From Polyangiaceae bacterium (GTDB lineage: Bacteria; Myxococcota_A; Polyangia; Polyangiales; Polyangiaceae), in the NCBI GenBank assembly GCA_044376115.1, contig JBILLK010000004.1, forward strand, positions 96,001 through 160,000: 64,000 bases of DNA, written 5' to 3'. How positions within the stretch are numbered: position 1 is the stretch's first letter; every line of letters begins with the position of its first letter. Positions 41,046 through 57,564 of the stretch are shown piece by piece. The notes beneath the pieces are model-generated. The model was not told the DNA's origin. It saw only the letters and a program-made list of their open reading frames with translations, and did not search any database. The position numbers and the translations under genes were made by a program.

Positions 41046-41276
41046 CTACTCAGCCGTCGCTGCAAACCAGGCTTCAGCGATCGCGTAGAGCGTATCTTCG
41101 CTGGTGGAATCTCCCTCGGGAACGCCGTTGGCGGCGCCGAAGCTGTAAACGATGCGGCCGACCGGCACGCCCTTCACCAACACCGTGAAGGTGTCCTCGC
41201 CCAGCTCTTGAATGTTGTAGCTCGTCCCCTCGAAGGTGACCGTCTTGTTTGCAACGTCTGCGACCGCTGTACTCAT
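41046..41276 (-). CDS. Small acidic hypothetical protein (76 aa)
   Basis: MSTAVADVANKTVTFEGTSY...AEAWFAATAE; GC3-biased codons. Confidence 0.7.
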   Translation of the reverse strand: MSTAVADVANKTVTFEGTSYNIQELGEDTFTVLVKGVPVGRIVYSFGAANGVPEGDSTSEDTLYAIAEAWFAATAE

Positions 41277-41357
41277 GGGGCGGGTTCGTAGTCGAGCCTC
41301 ACCGCGAAGGGAGAAAAAAGAGCGCAAGCTGCGTGCAGCTGGGCTCTACTGCGCGGC

Positions 41358-41711
41358 ATGAAGCTCCGCACCTTGCCCGTTCTGCTCACCCTCGCCCTCG
41401 CAGCCTGTAGCCCCAGCGCAGAGGATGAGGCCAAGATGAAGGAGATGATGCAGCTCGAGGCCGACCAAGCAGCGCTGATTGAGAAGTCACCGATCGACTG
41501 CAAAAAGCTCGAGGGCGAGCTTGCCACCTTCAGCAAATCCACCGCCGACAAGCGCAAAGAAGTCAACGCTTGGTGGAACGGGCTGAGCAGCGGCAAAAGG
41601 GAGAAGCTCTTGGATTCGCACAAGGACGACAAATACAAACTCGCGATGGCGATGATGAAGGCCGTTCCCTGCCTCGACGCCATCAAGCAAGGGATGAAGG
41701 CGGGGGACTGA
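41358..41711 (+). CDS. Small helical lipoprotein
   Basis: LALAAC lipobox; two further Cys. Confidence 0.75.
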   Translation: MKLRTLPVLLTLALAACSPSAEDEAKMKEMMQLEADQAALIEKSPIDCKKLEGELATFSKSTADKRKEVNAWWNGLSSGKREKLLDSHKDDKYKLAMAMMKAVPCLDAIKQGMKAGD

Positions 41712-41738
41712 GCTCGCTAAACCGTGCGCGCGCCCGCT

Positions 41739-43319
41739 TCAGCGGCGCGCGCTCGACCGAGGGCGCTCCACCAATTCGGCCGCTTCGGCGCTGCGGTAGG
41801 TCGCCACGTCTTCGGTGTGGCCCTGCTCCTCCGCCGAACGCGCCATCAGCGCCCACACCCGTGCGCGCTCAGCGCCTGGCCGCGAAAGTGAGAGCGCGTC
41901 TTTGAGACAACGTTGCGCGGACGAGTAGTCCTTCGTCACGAGGTGCGCCTCGCCCAACTTGGCGCTGAACAAACCGACGACGTGAATCGGGTCGTCGAGC
42001 GTGCCTTCATCCAGATCTTTGCGCGCCAACTCGATGCCGCGCTTGAGCGCGGTCACAGCGCCGTGCGCGTCGCCCATTTTCAACCGTGCATGGGCGATCT
42101 GTTCAAGGAAGACCAGCGCGCTCGGCGTGTCCCCGCCTTGTTCCGCCTCGAGGATCAACTTCTCCACCTGGAGTTTCGCGCTCAAACTGCGAGGGTCCCG
42201 ACCGACCTCCGGTGGGGTTGCCTCTTTCTTCGGCCGAGGCGTGAAGCTGTCGCGTTCGAGCGGAAGACCGCACTCACCACAAAAGCGAGAGAGCGGGCCA
42301 TTAAGACCACCACAAGACTGGCACGGCCGAAGGGTCGTACGGCCCCACGAACGAGCATCCGATTGCGCGCGTTCGCCGGTGCGGTGAGCAACGATTTCGC
42401 GAAGCGCCTCGGCGAAGTCGGCGGCCGACGCGAAGCGGTCATCCGGCCGCTTTTGCATGGCCTTGATGATCACCTCGTCCAAACCGTAATGGACACGGTC
42501 TGGCGCGAGCTCCGCGATGTTCGGGATCGCCTCGGTCACGTGCTTCTCGAGCAGCTTCTGCGGGTCTTCGTCACGGAACGGCAGCGACCCGACCGTCATC
42601 TCGAAGAGGATGATGCCACACGCGTAGAGGTCGGTGCGCCCGTCGGTATCGAGCGCCATCGCCTGCTCCGGTGAGATGTACTCGGGCGTCCCGAAGACCG
42701 CGCCGTCGGGGGTCGAGAGATTGCGGCGCAGCTTGGCTAGACCGAAGTCCACCACCTTCACCAAGTCCCCACCGCCACGTTGAGGAAGCACCAAGATATT
42801 CGCCGGTTTTAAGTCACGGTGAACAACCGAAAGACCGTGCGCTTCATCCAAAGCGCTGAGGATCTGCAGCACGATGTCGAGCACTCGCGTAACCGGCTGG
42901 AGCGGTTCTTGCATCAGGATGATCTCGAGATCCTGACCGTCGAGCAGCTCCATCACGAAGTAGGGCCGACCGTCGGGGGCCTGGCCGAAGTCATAGACGC
43001 GAACGCAGTTTGGATGATTGAGCGCGCTTGCGGCGCGCGCCTCGTTCTTGAACCGCTCCACCATTGCGGGGTTCTGCACGAGACCCGCGCTCATCATTTT
43101 GATGGCCACCGAGCGGCCGAGGTTCGACTGCTCACCTCGGTACACGCGGCCCATCGACCCTTCAGCGATGAACTCGACTACGCGGTACCCGCCGGCGAGC
43201 GTGCGGCCGATGATGGGGTCACGCTCCGAAACCTCAGCGGCCACCAACTTGGCTCCGCACTCGGAACAAAAGGTGTCCGTGTCTTTCGCTGAACTTTTAC
43301 AGTTGCTGCAAACAGCCAT
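41739..43319 (-). CDS. Cytoplasmic Ser/Thr kinase with two double-zinc-ribbon motifs and a TPR-like tail
   Basis: CSNC..FCSECG, HRDLKPAN, DFG, GTPEYISPE, CQSCG..FCGECG. Confidence 0.9.
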   Translation of the reverse strand: MAVCSNCKSSAKDTDTFCSECGAKLVAAEVSERDPIIGRTLAGGYRVVEFIAEGSMGRVYRGEQSNLGRSVAIKMMSAGLVQNPAMVERFKNEARAASALNHPNCVRVYDFGQAPDGRPYFVMELLDGQDLEIILMQEPLQPVTRVLDIVLQILSALDEAHGLSVVHRDLKPANILVLPQRGGGDLVKVVDFGLAKLRRNLSTPDGAVFGTPEYISPEQAMALDTDGRTDLYACGIILFEMTVGSLPFRDEDPQKLLEKHVTEAIPNIAELAPDRVHYGLDEVIIKAMQKRPDDRFASAADFAEALREIVAHRTGERAQSDARSWGRTTLRPCQSCGGLNGPLSRFCGECGLPLERDSFTPRPKKEATPPEVGRDPRSLSAKLQVEKLILEAEQGGDTPSALVFLEQIAHARLKMGDAHGAVTALKRGIELARKDLDEGTLDDPIHVVGLFSAKLGEAHLVTKDYSSAQRCLKDALSLSRPGAERARVWALMARSAEEQGHTEDVATYRSAEAAELVERPRSSARR

Positions 43320-43483
43320 CGGAGAGCGGCAGCATAGCAACTAGGTCTGGCGTAAGGACAGCTATTCGCATGCGCGCTCACGAGTGCCACGATTTCTCGT
43401 CGAGAAGGCCCAGCGGCATCCACGCCCGAGGAAATTTGCAATATGAACACTCACATGCACCGCTGCTGCAGGGCTCATAGAAG

Positions 43484-45208
43484 ATGGTCAGCGCGACAGG
43501 AATGACCGCGGCCCTCGCATCGAAGGGCAGCCAGCCTGCTGAACCGTCTGCGTTACGGCTCCGCGGGGGTTTGCTGTCCTTGATGCTGCTCGCGGCCTCG
43601 CCCCAAGCGCTCCACGCCCAAGAGTCGACACCGCTTGATCGATTTCAACCCTCGGTAACGGGCGACGCACAGGTCGCGGTGCCCGGCGCGTTCGTCGAAG
43701 GTTGGCTGCGGACCACCTTCGCGGCGTGGTTCAGCTACGCCAATTCACCTTTGGTGCTGGCGGATGGCGCGAGCCAAGACACGCTCCGGCGCGTCGTCGA
43801 GCACCAGCTGGTCGTGCGGGTGCAAGCGGCAGTGGCGCTGGTAGAACGAGTTCTCGTTCACGTGGACGTGCCGGTGACGGTGTTAGCGCAAGGTGAGCCG
43901 CTCTCGAGTCTGGCCAAGTCCGAAGCGTTTGGCGAGCCAGCCTCTGCGGCGATGGAAGATCTTCGCCTCGGTGGCCGCTTCGCCATGCTCAAGCCCGACG
44001 GCTGGCTGCCGGGGGCGAGCTTCGGATTGTGGCTCTTTCTGCCAACCGGCCGCGACGACTCGTACACCTCCGCAGGCAGCGTCCGCGCTGCGCCGCACGT
44101 CTCCCTCGGAGCCACCTGGGGCCCGGTGACCTGGACCACCGCGGTTGGCCGGACGTTCTACCCGAACGCAGCCCGCACCGCTGAAGGCGGCCTGCTAGGA
44201 AGCGACGTAACGCTGGGATTTGGCGCCGCGGTCGAGGTGGATCGGTTTCACTTCGGCGCGGAGACGAACCTCAACGTTCGAACCGACGAGCCGGTCCCGA
44301 GCGCACCGCGAACCGTAAGCGGGGAAGCTCTCGCGTCCGCCCGCGCCGACGTTGGCCCCCTCACCTTCTCCCTCGCGGGCGGGCCTGGCTTGGGGCAAGC
44401 CCCGGGCACGCCGACGTTCCGTATTTTGTCGGGCATCGCGCTTTCCTACGACCCGGTGGAAGCGCCCAAACCGCCGCCCGACCCGGCGCCAAAGCCCGCC
44501 GAGGTTGCCTCGACGAAGCCCGCAAAAGAGCCCAGCGAAGCCGCGACGCGCGCTCTCGCTCAGCTCGAAGCGCAGGTCGCAACCGCGAGGCCGCTCAATG
44601 AACCTGCATCCGGCGCATCCGACCGCGACGGCGACTCCGTGTTTGATGCGGTTGATCCCTGCCCCGAGGTCGCCGGTCCGGTGCGCGGTTCTCCTGCGAC
44701 CGACGGCTGCCCGCTCGATGGCGACAAAGACGGCGTAGCTGACCTCGAGGACGCCTGCCCCCAGGTCGGCGGGTCGCGTTCGGCGGACCCGAAACAAAAT
44801 GGCTGCCCGACTTCGGTGCGCGTCGAGGGAGACCGACTCGCGCTGATGAGTCCGATCTTGTTCGAGACCAATAGCGCAACCATCGCAGCCGACTCGCTGC
44901 CGCTGCTCGAACAAATCGTCAAGACGCTGCAAGGCGAACCAAGCATCTTGCGCGTGGCTGTCGACGGGCACACCGACAATCGCGGTCTTCCGCGACGCAA
45001 CTTGGAGCTGTCCCGACTGCGCGCTGTCGCTGTGGTGCGCTGGCTCAACGAGCATGGCGTCGATCCGCTGCGCACCGAGGCGCGCGGATTCGGTGCACGT
45101 GTCCCCATCGATACGAACAAGACCGAGGAAGGTCGGCTCAAGAACCGTCGCGTCGAGATCGTGATTCTCAAGCGCGCCACCGCGAACGCGCGTCAGGAGT
45201 CGCAATGA
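43484..45208 (+). CDS. OmpA-family protein (beta-barrel, TSP3 repeats, OmpA C-terminal domain)
   Basis: DRDGDSVFDAVDPCP and DGDKDGVADLEDACP repeats; GHTD, NLELSRLRA, NRRVE. Confidence 0.88.
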   Translation: MVSATGMTAALASKGSQPAEPSALRLRGGLLSLMLLAASPQALHAQESTPLDRFQPSVTGDAQVAVPGAFVEGWLRTTFAAWFSYANSPLVLADGASQDTLRRVVEHQLVVRVQAAVALVERVLVHVDVPVTVLAQGEPLSSLAKSEAFGEPASAAMEDLRLGGRFAMLKPDGWLPGASFGLWLFLPTGRDDSYTSAGSVRAAPHVSLGATWGPVTWTTAVGRTFYPNAARTAEGGLLGSDVTLGFGAAVEVDRFHFGAETNLNVRTDEPVPSAPRTVSGEALASARADVGPLTFSLAGGPGLGQAPGTPTFRILSGIALSYDPVEAPKPPPDPAPKPAEVASTKPAKEPSEAATRALAQLEAQVATARPLNEPASGASDRDGDSVFDAVDPCPEVAGPVRGSPATDGCPLDGDKDGVADLEDACPQVGGSRSADPKQNGCPTSVRVEGDRLALMSPILFETNSATIAADSLPLLEQIVKTLQGEPSILRVAVDGHTDNRGLPRRNLELSRLRAVAVVRWLNEHGVDPLRTEARGFGARVPIDTNKTEEGRLKNRRVEIVILKRATANARQESQ

Positions 45209-47522
45209 CGCGTCTCAAGTTCCGCTTACGTACGCTGTGGCTGGCCACCGCCGGCGCAGTCGCGCTCGCGCCCTACCAAGCCGCGAGCGACGAGTACCCC
45301 GAGGAGGTGTTGCAGTGGGGCGTGTCCAAGGGGGACAGCTGCGAAGACATCGCCAAGGCCGTATACGGCAGCGCGCGGCACGCTCACCTCGTGACGCGAT
45401 ACAACCGCGTGGTCTGTACGCCGGGCGCGCCGCTCGAACCAGGCACCATCGTGTTGCCCGCTCACGTGAGCGAAGTGACGCGGGCGCGCCTCAGCTCGCT
45501 TGCGCCCGAGGTTCGACACAAGCCACCGGGTGGCGGTTGGGGCAGCGCGAGCGCGGGCCAAGGGCTCGCCGACAACAGCAGCGTGAACACACTGCAGAAG
45601 GCCAACGCCACCATCCAATTCCTGGATCAGACGCGCATCTTGTTGGCGGAGAACACCCTCGTCGTGATCTTTGGGACGGCTGCGCAAAGCACTGTGGGCC
45701 GCACTCCGAAGACGGTCGCGGCCGACGTATCAGTGGATGAAGGCGAGGTGAAAGCGGCCCTCGCCGCGCTGCGCGGCGAGCAAGAGACGATCGAGATCGA
45801 CGTCGCCGGCGGCGCGCGGGTGAGCGCTGCATCGCGCGACACGGTGGTCGCGAAAAAGGGCGACCGGACCAACGTGTCGGTGTTCGACGGGAAGAGCAAG
45901 GTCACCTCGAACCGCCAATCGGTCGAGGTCGGGCGCGGCTTCGGCACGCGCTTCAAGAGAGGGCAAACGCCCGAACCAGCGCGCGAGCTGCCCAAGGCTC
46001 CAGCCTGGAAGGGCGAGCTACCGCGCATCACCTTGGCCGACTTCGGACAGGGCGTGCTCTCGACCTCGTGGGAACCAACCACCGACGCCGTGGCCTACCG
46101 CGTCGAGATCGCGACCGATCCTGAGTTTTGGCGGCTGCTGGCCCGCGAGGAAGTGGGTCCCGACGTCACCAACTTCCGCGCGGAGAACCTGCCTCCGGGC
46201 GACTACTTCGTGCGGGTGCGTGTGCTCGACAAGGACGACTTTCTCGGTTGGCCCACCGAGTCGCGCACCACCACGGTCGTGGGCGTGGCTTTTGGCGAGG
46301 GCGGCGGTCGGGTCGAAGCGGACGGCAAGCTCTTGCTCCACCCGTATGGGCAACTCGCGCTCTCGCAGAAGTCGGCGGCGATGGGCGTTTCGTTCGACGG
46401 CGGTAAGCCGCTGCCCGCCGCCGAGGTGATCGAATTCGGCCAACTCCGCCCCCAAACCATAGCGTTCAATCTGGGCGAATCCGCACAGAACTACGCGATC
46501 AACTACCTTGAGGTCGCCGCCCGTATCAACACCGTCGACGCGGGTCCGGCCGAGGCGTTACAAATCGAGTTCGAGGGCATCTCCGACACGGCGACGTTCT
46601 CGCGGGTGCAGCCGACGCTGCTGCTCATGGACGGTGAAAACGCAACCACGCGCGTCCCGTTGACCGCCGCGACCTTCGAGGCGGGCCACGCTCGCGTCAG
46701 CCTGCCGCGTCCCAAGGGCGCGCTCGCGGCGCTGGTCGTCGACGGTTGGAACCGCTCGCTTGGGAGTTGGCGAGCCGCCGACGTCGAAGCCCCAACGCCG
46801 AATCAAGGCCCTGGGCAACCAGCCTCAGCTCAGCGACCGCTCGGCCCGCTCGTACCGGTTTGGTCGGTCGACCCAGCCATCCCACGGCTTTGGGCGCCGA
46901 CTGCGGAGAACGCGTTCTTCGTGTCGACGGCAGTAGAGCAACCGCTCGCGGGCTCCGGTTCGTTTCAAGGGCTGATTCAAGTGAGCGGCAATGTTGAAGC
47001 CCTCAGCCTCGAGGCCTCGGTGCGCAGCGAAGATTCGGTCGCTGGACGCTCCAGCAACGAGGTCGCATGGCTGGGTGGACGCTATCGCGTGCTCGAACTC
47101 TCGGACGGTAGTTTCGAGCTGGGACCCGCGCTTCGTTTCGGCATTCCAACGTCGGATCTCGGGCCGTCTTTCCAGGCGGAGCTCGGGGCCGCCGCCGGCG
47201 GTCGCGCTGGGATCTTCCGTTGGCTCGCCAGCATGACCTTCGATCTGGACGGAGCGCCCGCGGCCTATGCTTACGTGCCAGGGCTTGCACTCGGACTCAT
47301 GGTCGAACCGCTGCGCTGGTTCCGCGCCTACGTTGCGCTCGACGGCTATGCGACCCAGGTGCCAAACACGGAGAGCAGCGCTGAACGCTTCGCGGGTGGG
47401 CTCTCGCTAGGCGCCGAGGCCGGCAAATGGGTCTTCGGCGCGGTCGGCGCGCGAGCCACACCGTTTGAATCGCCGGCGGCCGCGCTCAGTTTCTACGCGG
47501 CGTTGGGCGTACGTGCCGAGCC

Positions 47523-47526
<4 letters not shown>
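45205..47526 (+). CDS. LysM + FecR + FN3-like envelope protein with a beta-strand C-terminus
   Basis: VSKGDSCEDIAKAVYG (LysM); ATIQFLDQTRILLAENT (FecR-like); SWEP..YRVEIA..GDYFVRVR (FN3-like). Confidence 0.75.
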
Positions 47527-48952
<1,426 letters not shown>

Positions 48953-48953
<1 letters not shown>

Positions 48954-50680
48954 TGCGCGTTACGACCAAGGCGGTACTACTTTTTGGCGTGGTGGCGCTG
49001 GTACCGGCGGTGCTGCCGCTTCCGATCGTGTTGCCCAACTACGCCGACGCCCTGCTGGTAGCCGCGCAGAACGAGCAGCTGCTAGTCGCAAAGGAGGCGC
49101 AGTCGGCCGTGGACGATCATCTGGGGCGAGCGCTGGAAGACGGCCGCATGCTGGCCGCGGTGTTCTCGCAAGCGTCACGCGTTGACCCCGATCAGGGCGC
49201 CCAAGCGGTGAAGCTCAGCTTCGACGCACAACGCAGCTTTGACGTCGCGCGGTTGGTGGTGCTTCGCGGTGACACGCCGCGAAGCACGCTGTTTGCGAAG
49301 GCGGGCGCAGACAAAGCTGCAGCGCCCGAGGCGGTGGTCACGCTGCTGAAGGCCGCCGATGAACAGCCTTACGTCGCCGAGTTCTTGGATTCGAAGCGGC
49401 TTGTGTTGGTGTTTGCGCTCGAACGCACCAGCGCATCCGCGCCGAAAGGCTACTTGGTGCTGCCTCTTTATTTGCAGCCCATCGAGCTGGCGCTCGAGTC
49501 GCATGCGGCGCTTCGCCTGAAAGACGGCGCTGAGTTGTTCGTGGTCGACGGCGAGCGCAAGTTGGTCGCGGCTCCTCCCCAAAACATGCGCGCGCGACGC
49601 AAAGACGTCGGCGAGCTATGCACGCTATCCCTCCTTTCGGGGCTACCGAGCGGGCCGCCGGTAGGCGTGAGCGGGGTCTGCAACGAGAACGGTGGCGTGG
49701 TCGGCGCCGTTCAAACCACCGCCAACCTGCAGTGGGCAGTGGTGATCGCCCAACCGAAGGCCTTGGTCCTGAGCGAATACGAGGCCACCCGGCGCGTGCT
49801 CGTGTTTGCAGCGCTCGGCTCGGCCGCCGTCGCGATGCTGCTCGCTCTGCTCGCGGGCCGAGGCGTTACGCGGCCGGTCCTGCGTTTGGTCGATCAAGCT
49901 CGTCGCATTGGCGCGCGCGGCTGGGAAAGGCTGTTGCCGCACAGCGGACGCAGCGACGAACTCGGTGAGCTCGAGACCGAGCTCTTGGCCGCCGGCAACG
50001 GGCTCGCTGCGCAAGAGAAGCAGCTCGCTCGCGAGGCGCGGGTGCGCTCGGATCTATCGCGGTTTCTCAGCCCGGAGCTGGTTGAGCGGGCCGTCAGCGG
50101 CGAGCTCGACATGCGCCTCGGCGGCAAACGCCAGGAGATCTCGGTGCTGTTCGCCGACGTGGTGGCCTTTACGCCGCTCGCCGAGAAGCGCCCCGCCGAA
50201 GAGACGGTGGCCATCCTCAACGAGCTGTTCGGGTTGCTCACCGAGATCGTGTTTCGGCACGGAGGCTTTGTCGACAAGTTCATCGGGGACGCGGTGATGG
50301 CGGTATTTGGCGCGCCCGATGAGCTCGCCGACCACGCCGACAAAGCGCTCGCTTGCGCCGAGGACATGATGCGCTTCCTGGAGGTAGCCGCGGCAAACTT
50401 CGAGCAGACGCACAAGGTCAGCCTGCGCCTGTCGATCGGCGTCAACTCGGGCGAAGCTGTGGTCGGCAACATCGGCTCGGAGCGCCGCATGGACTACACG
50501 GCGATCGGCGACGTGGTGAACGTGGCTGCACGCCTGGAGACCTTGGCGCAGCCCAACCAGGTGCTCGTCGGAGAAGGCACTCGCAGCCGCACGCAAGCAG
50601 CCTTCGAGCTACGCAAGCTCGGCAGTCGGCGGCTGGTTGGCCGCGAGGACGAGACGGTGGTGTACGAGCTCGTGGTCTGA
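48953..50680 (+). CDS. Membrane class III adenylate cyclase (periplasmic sensor, HAMP, cyclase)
   Basis: LFADVVAFT, DKFIGDAVM, YTAIGDVVNVAARLE; two TMs; HAMP motif DELGEL. Confidence 0.92.
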
Positions 50681-50801
50681 AGCAGCTTTCGCTCGCAGTT
50701 CGTCGGTTTCAGCGCAGGAAATTCCAGCCCCTGAACAGCCTGCTAGTCATGGCCATCACTTCGTGTTAACTGCGCGCAGCCTTCCGTCGCGAAAGACGTG
50801 A

Positions 50802-52301
<1,500 letters not shown>

Positions 52302-52303
52302 TC

Positions 52304-52822
52304 ATGGCCGACGCGATCAAACTCGAAATCGTCACTCCCACCGGCGTGGAGTTCTCTCGGGACGTGCTGGATGTGAGCGCGCCCACGGTCGACGGGGAGA
52401 TCGGCATTCTACCGGGCCACTTACCGCTTCTGGCTGCTGTCAGGACGGGAGTGGCTACGGTCAAGCCGGCTGGTGGAGAGAAGGAGGCGCTTCGTTTCGC
52501 CGTGTTCCACGGTGTTTTCGAGGTCGCCAACGACAAAGCTCTGCTGCTCACGGAGCGCTTCCTCCGCAAGGAGGACGTTGAGGTGGTCACCGTGCGCGCT
52601 CGCTTCAAAGAGGTGGACGAGGAGCTGCTTGCCTGGTCCGGAGAGCTGGACAGTCCGGAGCGGTTCGCGCTGATCGAGGAAGAGCAGTGGCTCGCCGCCC
52701 AGCTCGAGCTGATCGGCGATCCGCCGGCTCCGGCCACCCGCGAGGTCACTCGCTTCCAGGCCAAAGAAGTCGAGTGGACGCCTCCGCAAGAGGCCGAGTC
52801 CGAAGAGTCCGAGCCCTCGTGA
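52304..52822 (+). CDS. atpC: F1 ATP synthase epsilon subunit
   Basis: LEIVTP, GEIGILPGHLP; follows atpD. Confidence 0.93.
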   Translation: MADAIKLEIVTPTGVEFSRDVLDVSAPTVDGEIGILPGHLPLLAAVRTGVATVKPAGGEKEALRFAVFHGVFEVANDKALLLTERFLRKEDVEVVTVRARFKEVDEELLAWSGELDSPERFALIEEEQWLAAQLELIGDPPAPATREVTRFQAKEVEWTPPQEAESEESEPS

Positions 52823-52848
52823 CGTCGCGGGGCTAAGCTCCAGCGCGC

Positions 52849-54768
52849 GTGATACCTCCCGATACCCTCGCCCGCCTCAAGGAGAGAACCGACATCGTCT
52901 CGCTGATTGGCGAGACGGTGCGTCTCACTCGACGCGGGCGAAGCTTTACCGGGTTGTGTCCCTTTCACAAGGAGAAGAGCCCGAGCTTCCACGTTCACCC
53001 GGAGCGCGGCTTTTTCCACTGTTTCGGCTGCCAAGAGAGCGGTAGCGCGATCGACTTCGTGATGAAGACCAGCGGCCTCGAGTTCATCGAGGCCGTGCGC
53101 TATCTCGCTGCCAAAGTCGGCGTCGAGATCGAGGAGGTCGACAGCCGCGAGCGTCAGAAGTCGCGCTCTGAGCGTGACGAAGTGTTCGCCGCGTTGCAGC
53201 TCGCGGCGACCTACTTCGAAGGTTGCTTGGGTCGCGGAGAACTGAGCGGTCAGCGTCATGCGCTCGCCCCTTTGGCGGTGGAAGAGCTCAGGAAGCGCGG
53301 GATGCCGGCCGAAGCGCTAGCGGCGGATCCCCCGGAAGAAGCTCGCGCTTGGGCCACCGCATTGGCCGAGTTTCGGCTCGGATACGCGCCGGCCAACTGG
53401 GATGCGTTGGCGAAGCACCTCGCCCAACAGGGCATTCGGCCGGCGATCGGTGAGCGAGCCGGCCTGCTGGTGACCGGCCAACGTGGTCACTACGACCGCT
53501 TTCGACACCGGCTGATGTTCGCCGTCGTCGACACCATGGGGCGCGTGATCGCCTTCTCCGGGCGCGCCCTGAGAGCCCCCACTCGCGAGGAGGCCAGCGC
53601 AGCCGGTGGCTCGCTTCCGAGCTACGACGGGGAGGCTCCGGCGAAGTACATCAACAGCCCAGAGAGCATCGTCTACAAGAAGGGCGAACAACTATTCGGC
53701 CTGTTTCAGGCGAAACAAGGCATCCGCGCGCGCGGAGAGGCCTTGCTGGTGGAAGGCAACTTCGACGTCGTGACGCTGCACGCCGCAGGCTTCACTCACG
53801 CGACAGCACCGCTCGGGACGGCCTTCACCAGCGAGCAAGCCAAGCTACTGAAGCGCTTTGGGCCCAAGGTCGTGGTTGCCTTCGATGGTGACGCTGCAGG
53901 CAAGAAGGCCACCCGTGGTTCACGAGTGGCGCTGCGTGAGGGCGCGCTCGACGCGCGGGTTGCGACCATGCCGCCTGGCATGGACCCCGACGCCTTTCTA
54001 CGCAGTGAGGGCCCGGCAAAGTTTGAGGCCTTGCTCACGCGTGCGCTGCCACTGCTGGAGTACCTGATCAATGACGCACTCGATGGCGACAACTTCGGCG
54101 GAGCTTCGATGACCGAGCGCGTCGCACGCGTTCGTGCCGTTACCGAGATCCTGCGCGATGAACCAGATCCCAACTTGCGCCTGATGGCGAAACGCTTCGC
54201 CGATCAGCTCTCCAGCAAGCTGGTGGTTGGCAACGCCCCGGCCGAAGACCTGCTCGAGCTCGAACGCTTGGTGGACAGCGCTTTCCGTACGCCGCCCGAA
54301 CGGCCGACCCAAACCAAACCAGTCCACAAGGGTCCGCCGTTGGATCGGGTCTCGGTGGCCATCGTCGGTGCGTTGCTCGACTTCCCTGAGCTACTGAACG
54401 ACGAGGAGCTCGAGGCCGAACTCGCGGCGCTGCAAGGGGACGCGGCCATGGCCATTGTTGCCATTAGGCAACAATTAGTTGTCTCAGGAGCAACCCGTCA
54501 GGCCAACAGCGATTTTCTTGCGACTCTGCCGCTTTCGATCCAAACCTTCGCAACTGGACGCTTCGCTTCACCGCTTTTCAATGATGCTCCTTCGGCGCGT
54601 GCCGAGCTTATGGAAAACATTAAGAAACTTAAAGATTTAGCCTGTCGTCAGCAGAACGATATCGCCAGAGAAGCCCTAGAAAAATCCGCGTCGGCGGACG
54701 ATGAGTTTGCTCTCCTCCGAGAGATTCAACATCGAGCGAGAAGGAAACACGGACTTCCCGGGAGCTAG
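52849..54768 (+). CDS. dnaG: DNA primase
   Basis: CPFHKEKSPSF zinc finger, KYINSPE, VEGNFDV, FDGDAAG TOPRIM. Confidence 0.97.
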   Translation: MIPPDTLARLKERTDIVSLIGETVRLTRRGRSFTGLCPFHKEKSPSFHVHPERGFFHCFGCQESGSAIDFVMKTSGLEFIEAVRYLAAKVGVEIEEVDSRERQKSRSERDEVFAALQLAATYFEGCLGRGELSGQRHALAPLAVEELRKRGMPAEALAADPPEEARAWATALAEFRLGYAPANWDALAKHLAQQGIRPAIGERAGLLVTGQRGHYDRFRHRLMFAVVDTMGRVIAFSGRALRAPTREEASAAGGSLPSYDGEAPAKYINSPESIVYKKGEQLFGLFQAKQGIRARGEALLVEGNFDVVTLHAAGFTHATAPLGTAFTSEQAKLLKRFGPKVVVAFDGDAAGKKATRGSRVALREGALDARVATMPPGMDPDAFLRSEGPAKFEALLTRALPLLEYLINDALDGDNFGGASMTERVARVRAVTEILRDEPDPNLRLMAKRFADQLSSKLVVGNAPAEDLLELERLVDSAFRTPPERPTQTKPVHKGPPLDRVSVAIVGALLDFPELLNDEELEAELAALQGDAAMAIVAIRQQLVVSGATRQANSDFLATLPLSIQTFATGRFASPLFNDAPSARAELMENIKKLKDLACRQQNDIAREALEKSASADDEFALLREIQHRARRKHGLPGS

Positions 54769-55092
54769 CCCGCTCTGGGGGCCTCCGTCCTTCTTTTAAG
54801 GAATCGCCTGGAACGGAGTGGGCCTTTGGTGGAAGTTCTGCTAGAGCGGCTGATTCTCAAACCGTGCGGTGTTTGGGCCTGATTCAGCTCATAACCACTG
54901 CACATCGCAACTTCGCTTATTGACACGGGTCACCGCCGCTAGGCGCTGGCCAAACCAACAACCGGGATGACTGAGTGAACCTTCACCCAGCCCTTCCGGA
55001 TGAACCAGTCGACGGTCGACGTGCCTTCTGGCACTTCGGGCGTCGGCCCCAGATACGACGGTGCCCTGGCGGCACTTCTTGGAGTGAGACGG

Positions 55093-57186
<2,094 letters not shown>

Positions 57187-57191
57187 GCATC

Positions 57192-57533
57192 ATGTCGAGA
57201 CCTCGCGCGGTCGCGATTTCTCTCTTACTGGGCGCCACCGCGTTGAGTGGTGGCGCCTGCGGTAAGACGATGACAAGCGCCGATTGCGAGCGCGTGGGGG
57301 GGCATCTGCGCGCCGTTTGGGACAGCGAGGCGGGCCTGGCGTTGCCGGCTGACGTGCCGAAGAGCGAGCGCGCCCAGAACGCAATTCGCTCCGAAGGCGA
57401 GAAGATGCAGAACGAGTGGCTCGCCCAGTGCCGCCGCGAGCTCGAAGGCCGCAAAGTGGATCAGAAGGAAGTGGACTGCCTGATGGCCGCCAAAACGGTC
57501 GCCGCGATTCAGAGCTGCGCTTCGGCGAAGTAG
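57192..57533 (+). CDS. Small Cys-containing lipoprotein
   Basis: GGAC lipobox-like motif; four further Cys. Confidence 0.7.
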   Translation: MSRPRAVAISLLLGATALSGGACGKTMTSADCERVGGHLRAVWDSEAGLALPADVPKSERAQNAIRSEGEKMQNEWLAQCRRELEGRKVDQKEVDCLMAAKTVAAIQSCASAK

Positions 57534-57564
57534 CCCACCAGCAGTCGGCCCGGCGGGCTGCAGC

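Noticed and set aside
55000..55092. RpoD start at 55000
   Set aside because: ATG 55093 has a GGAG RBS and begins the Lys/Ala-rich N-terminus.
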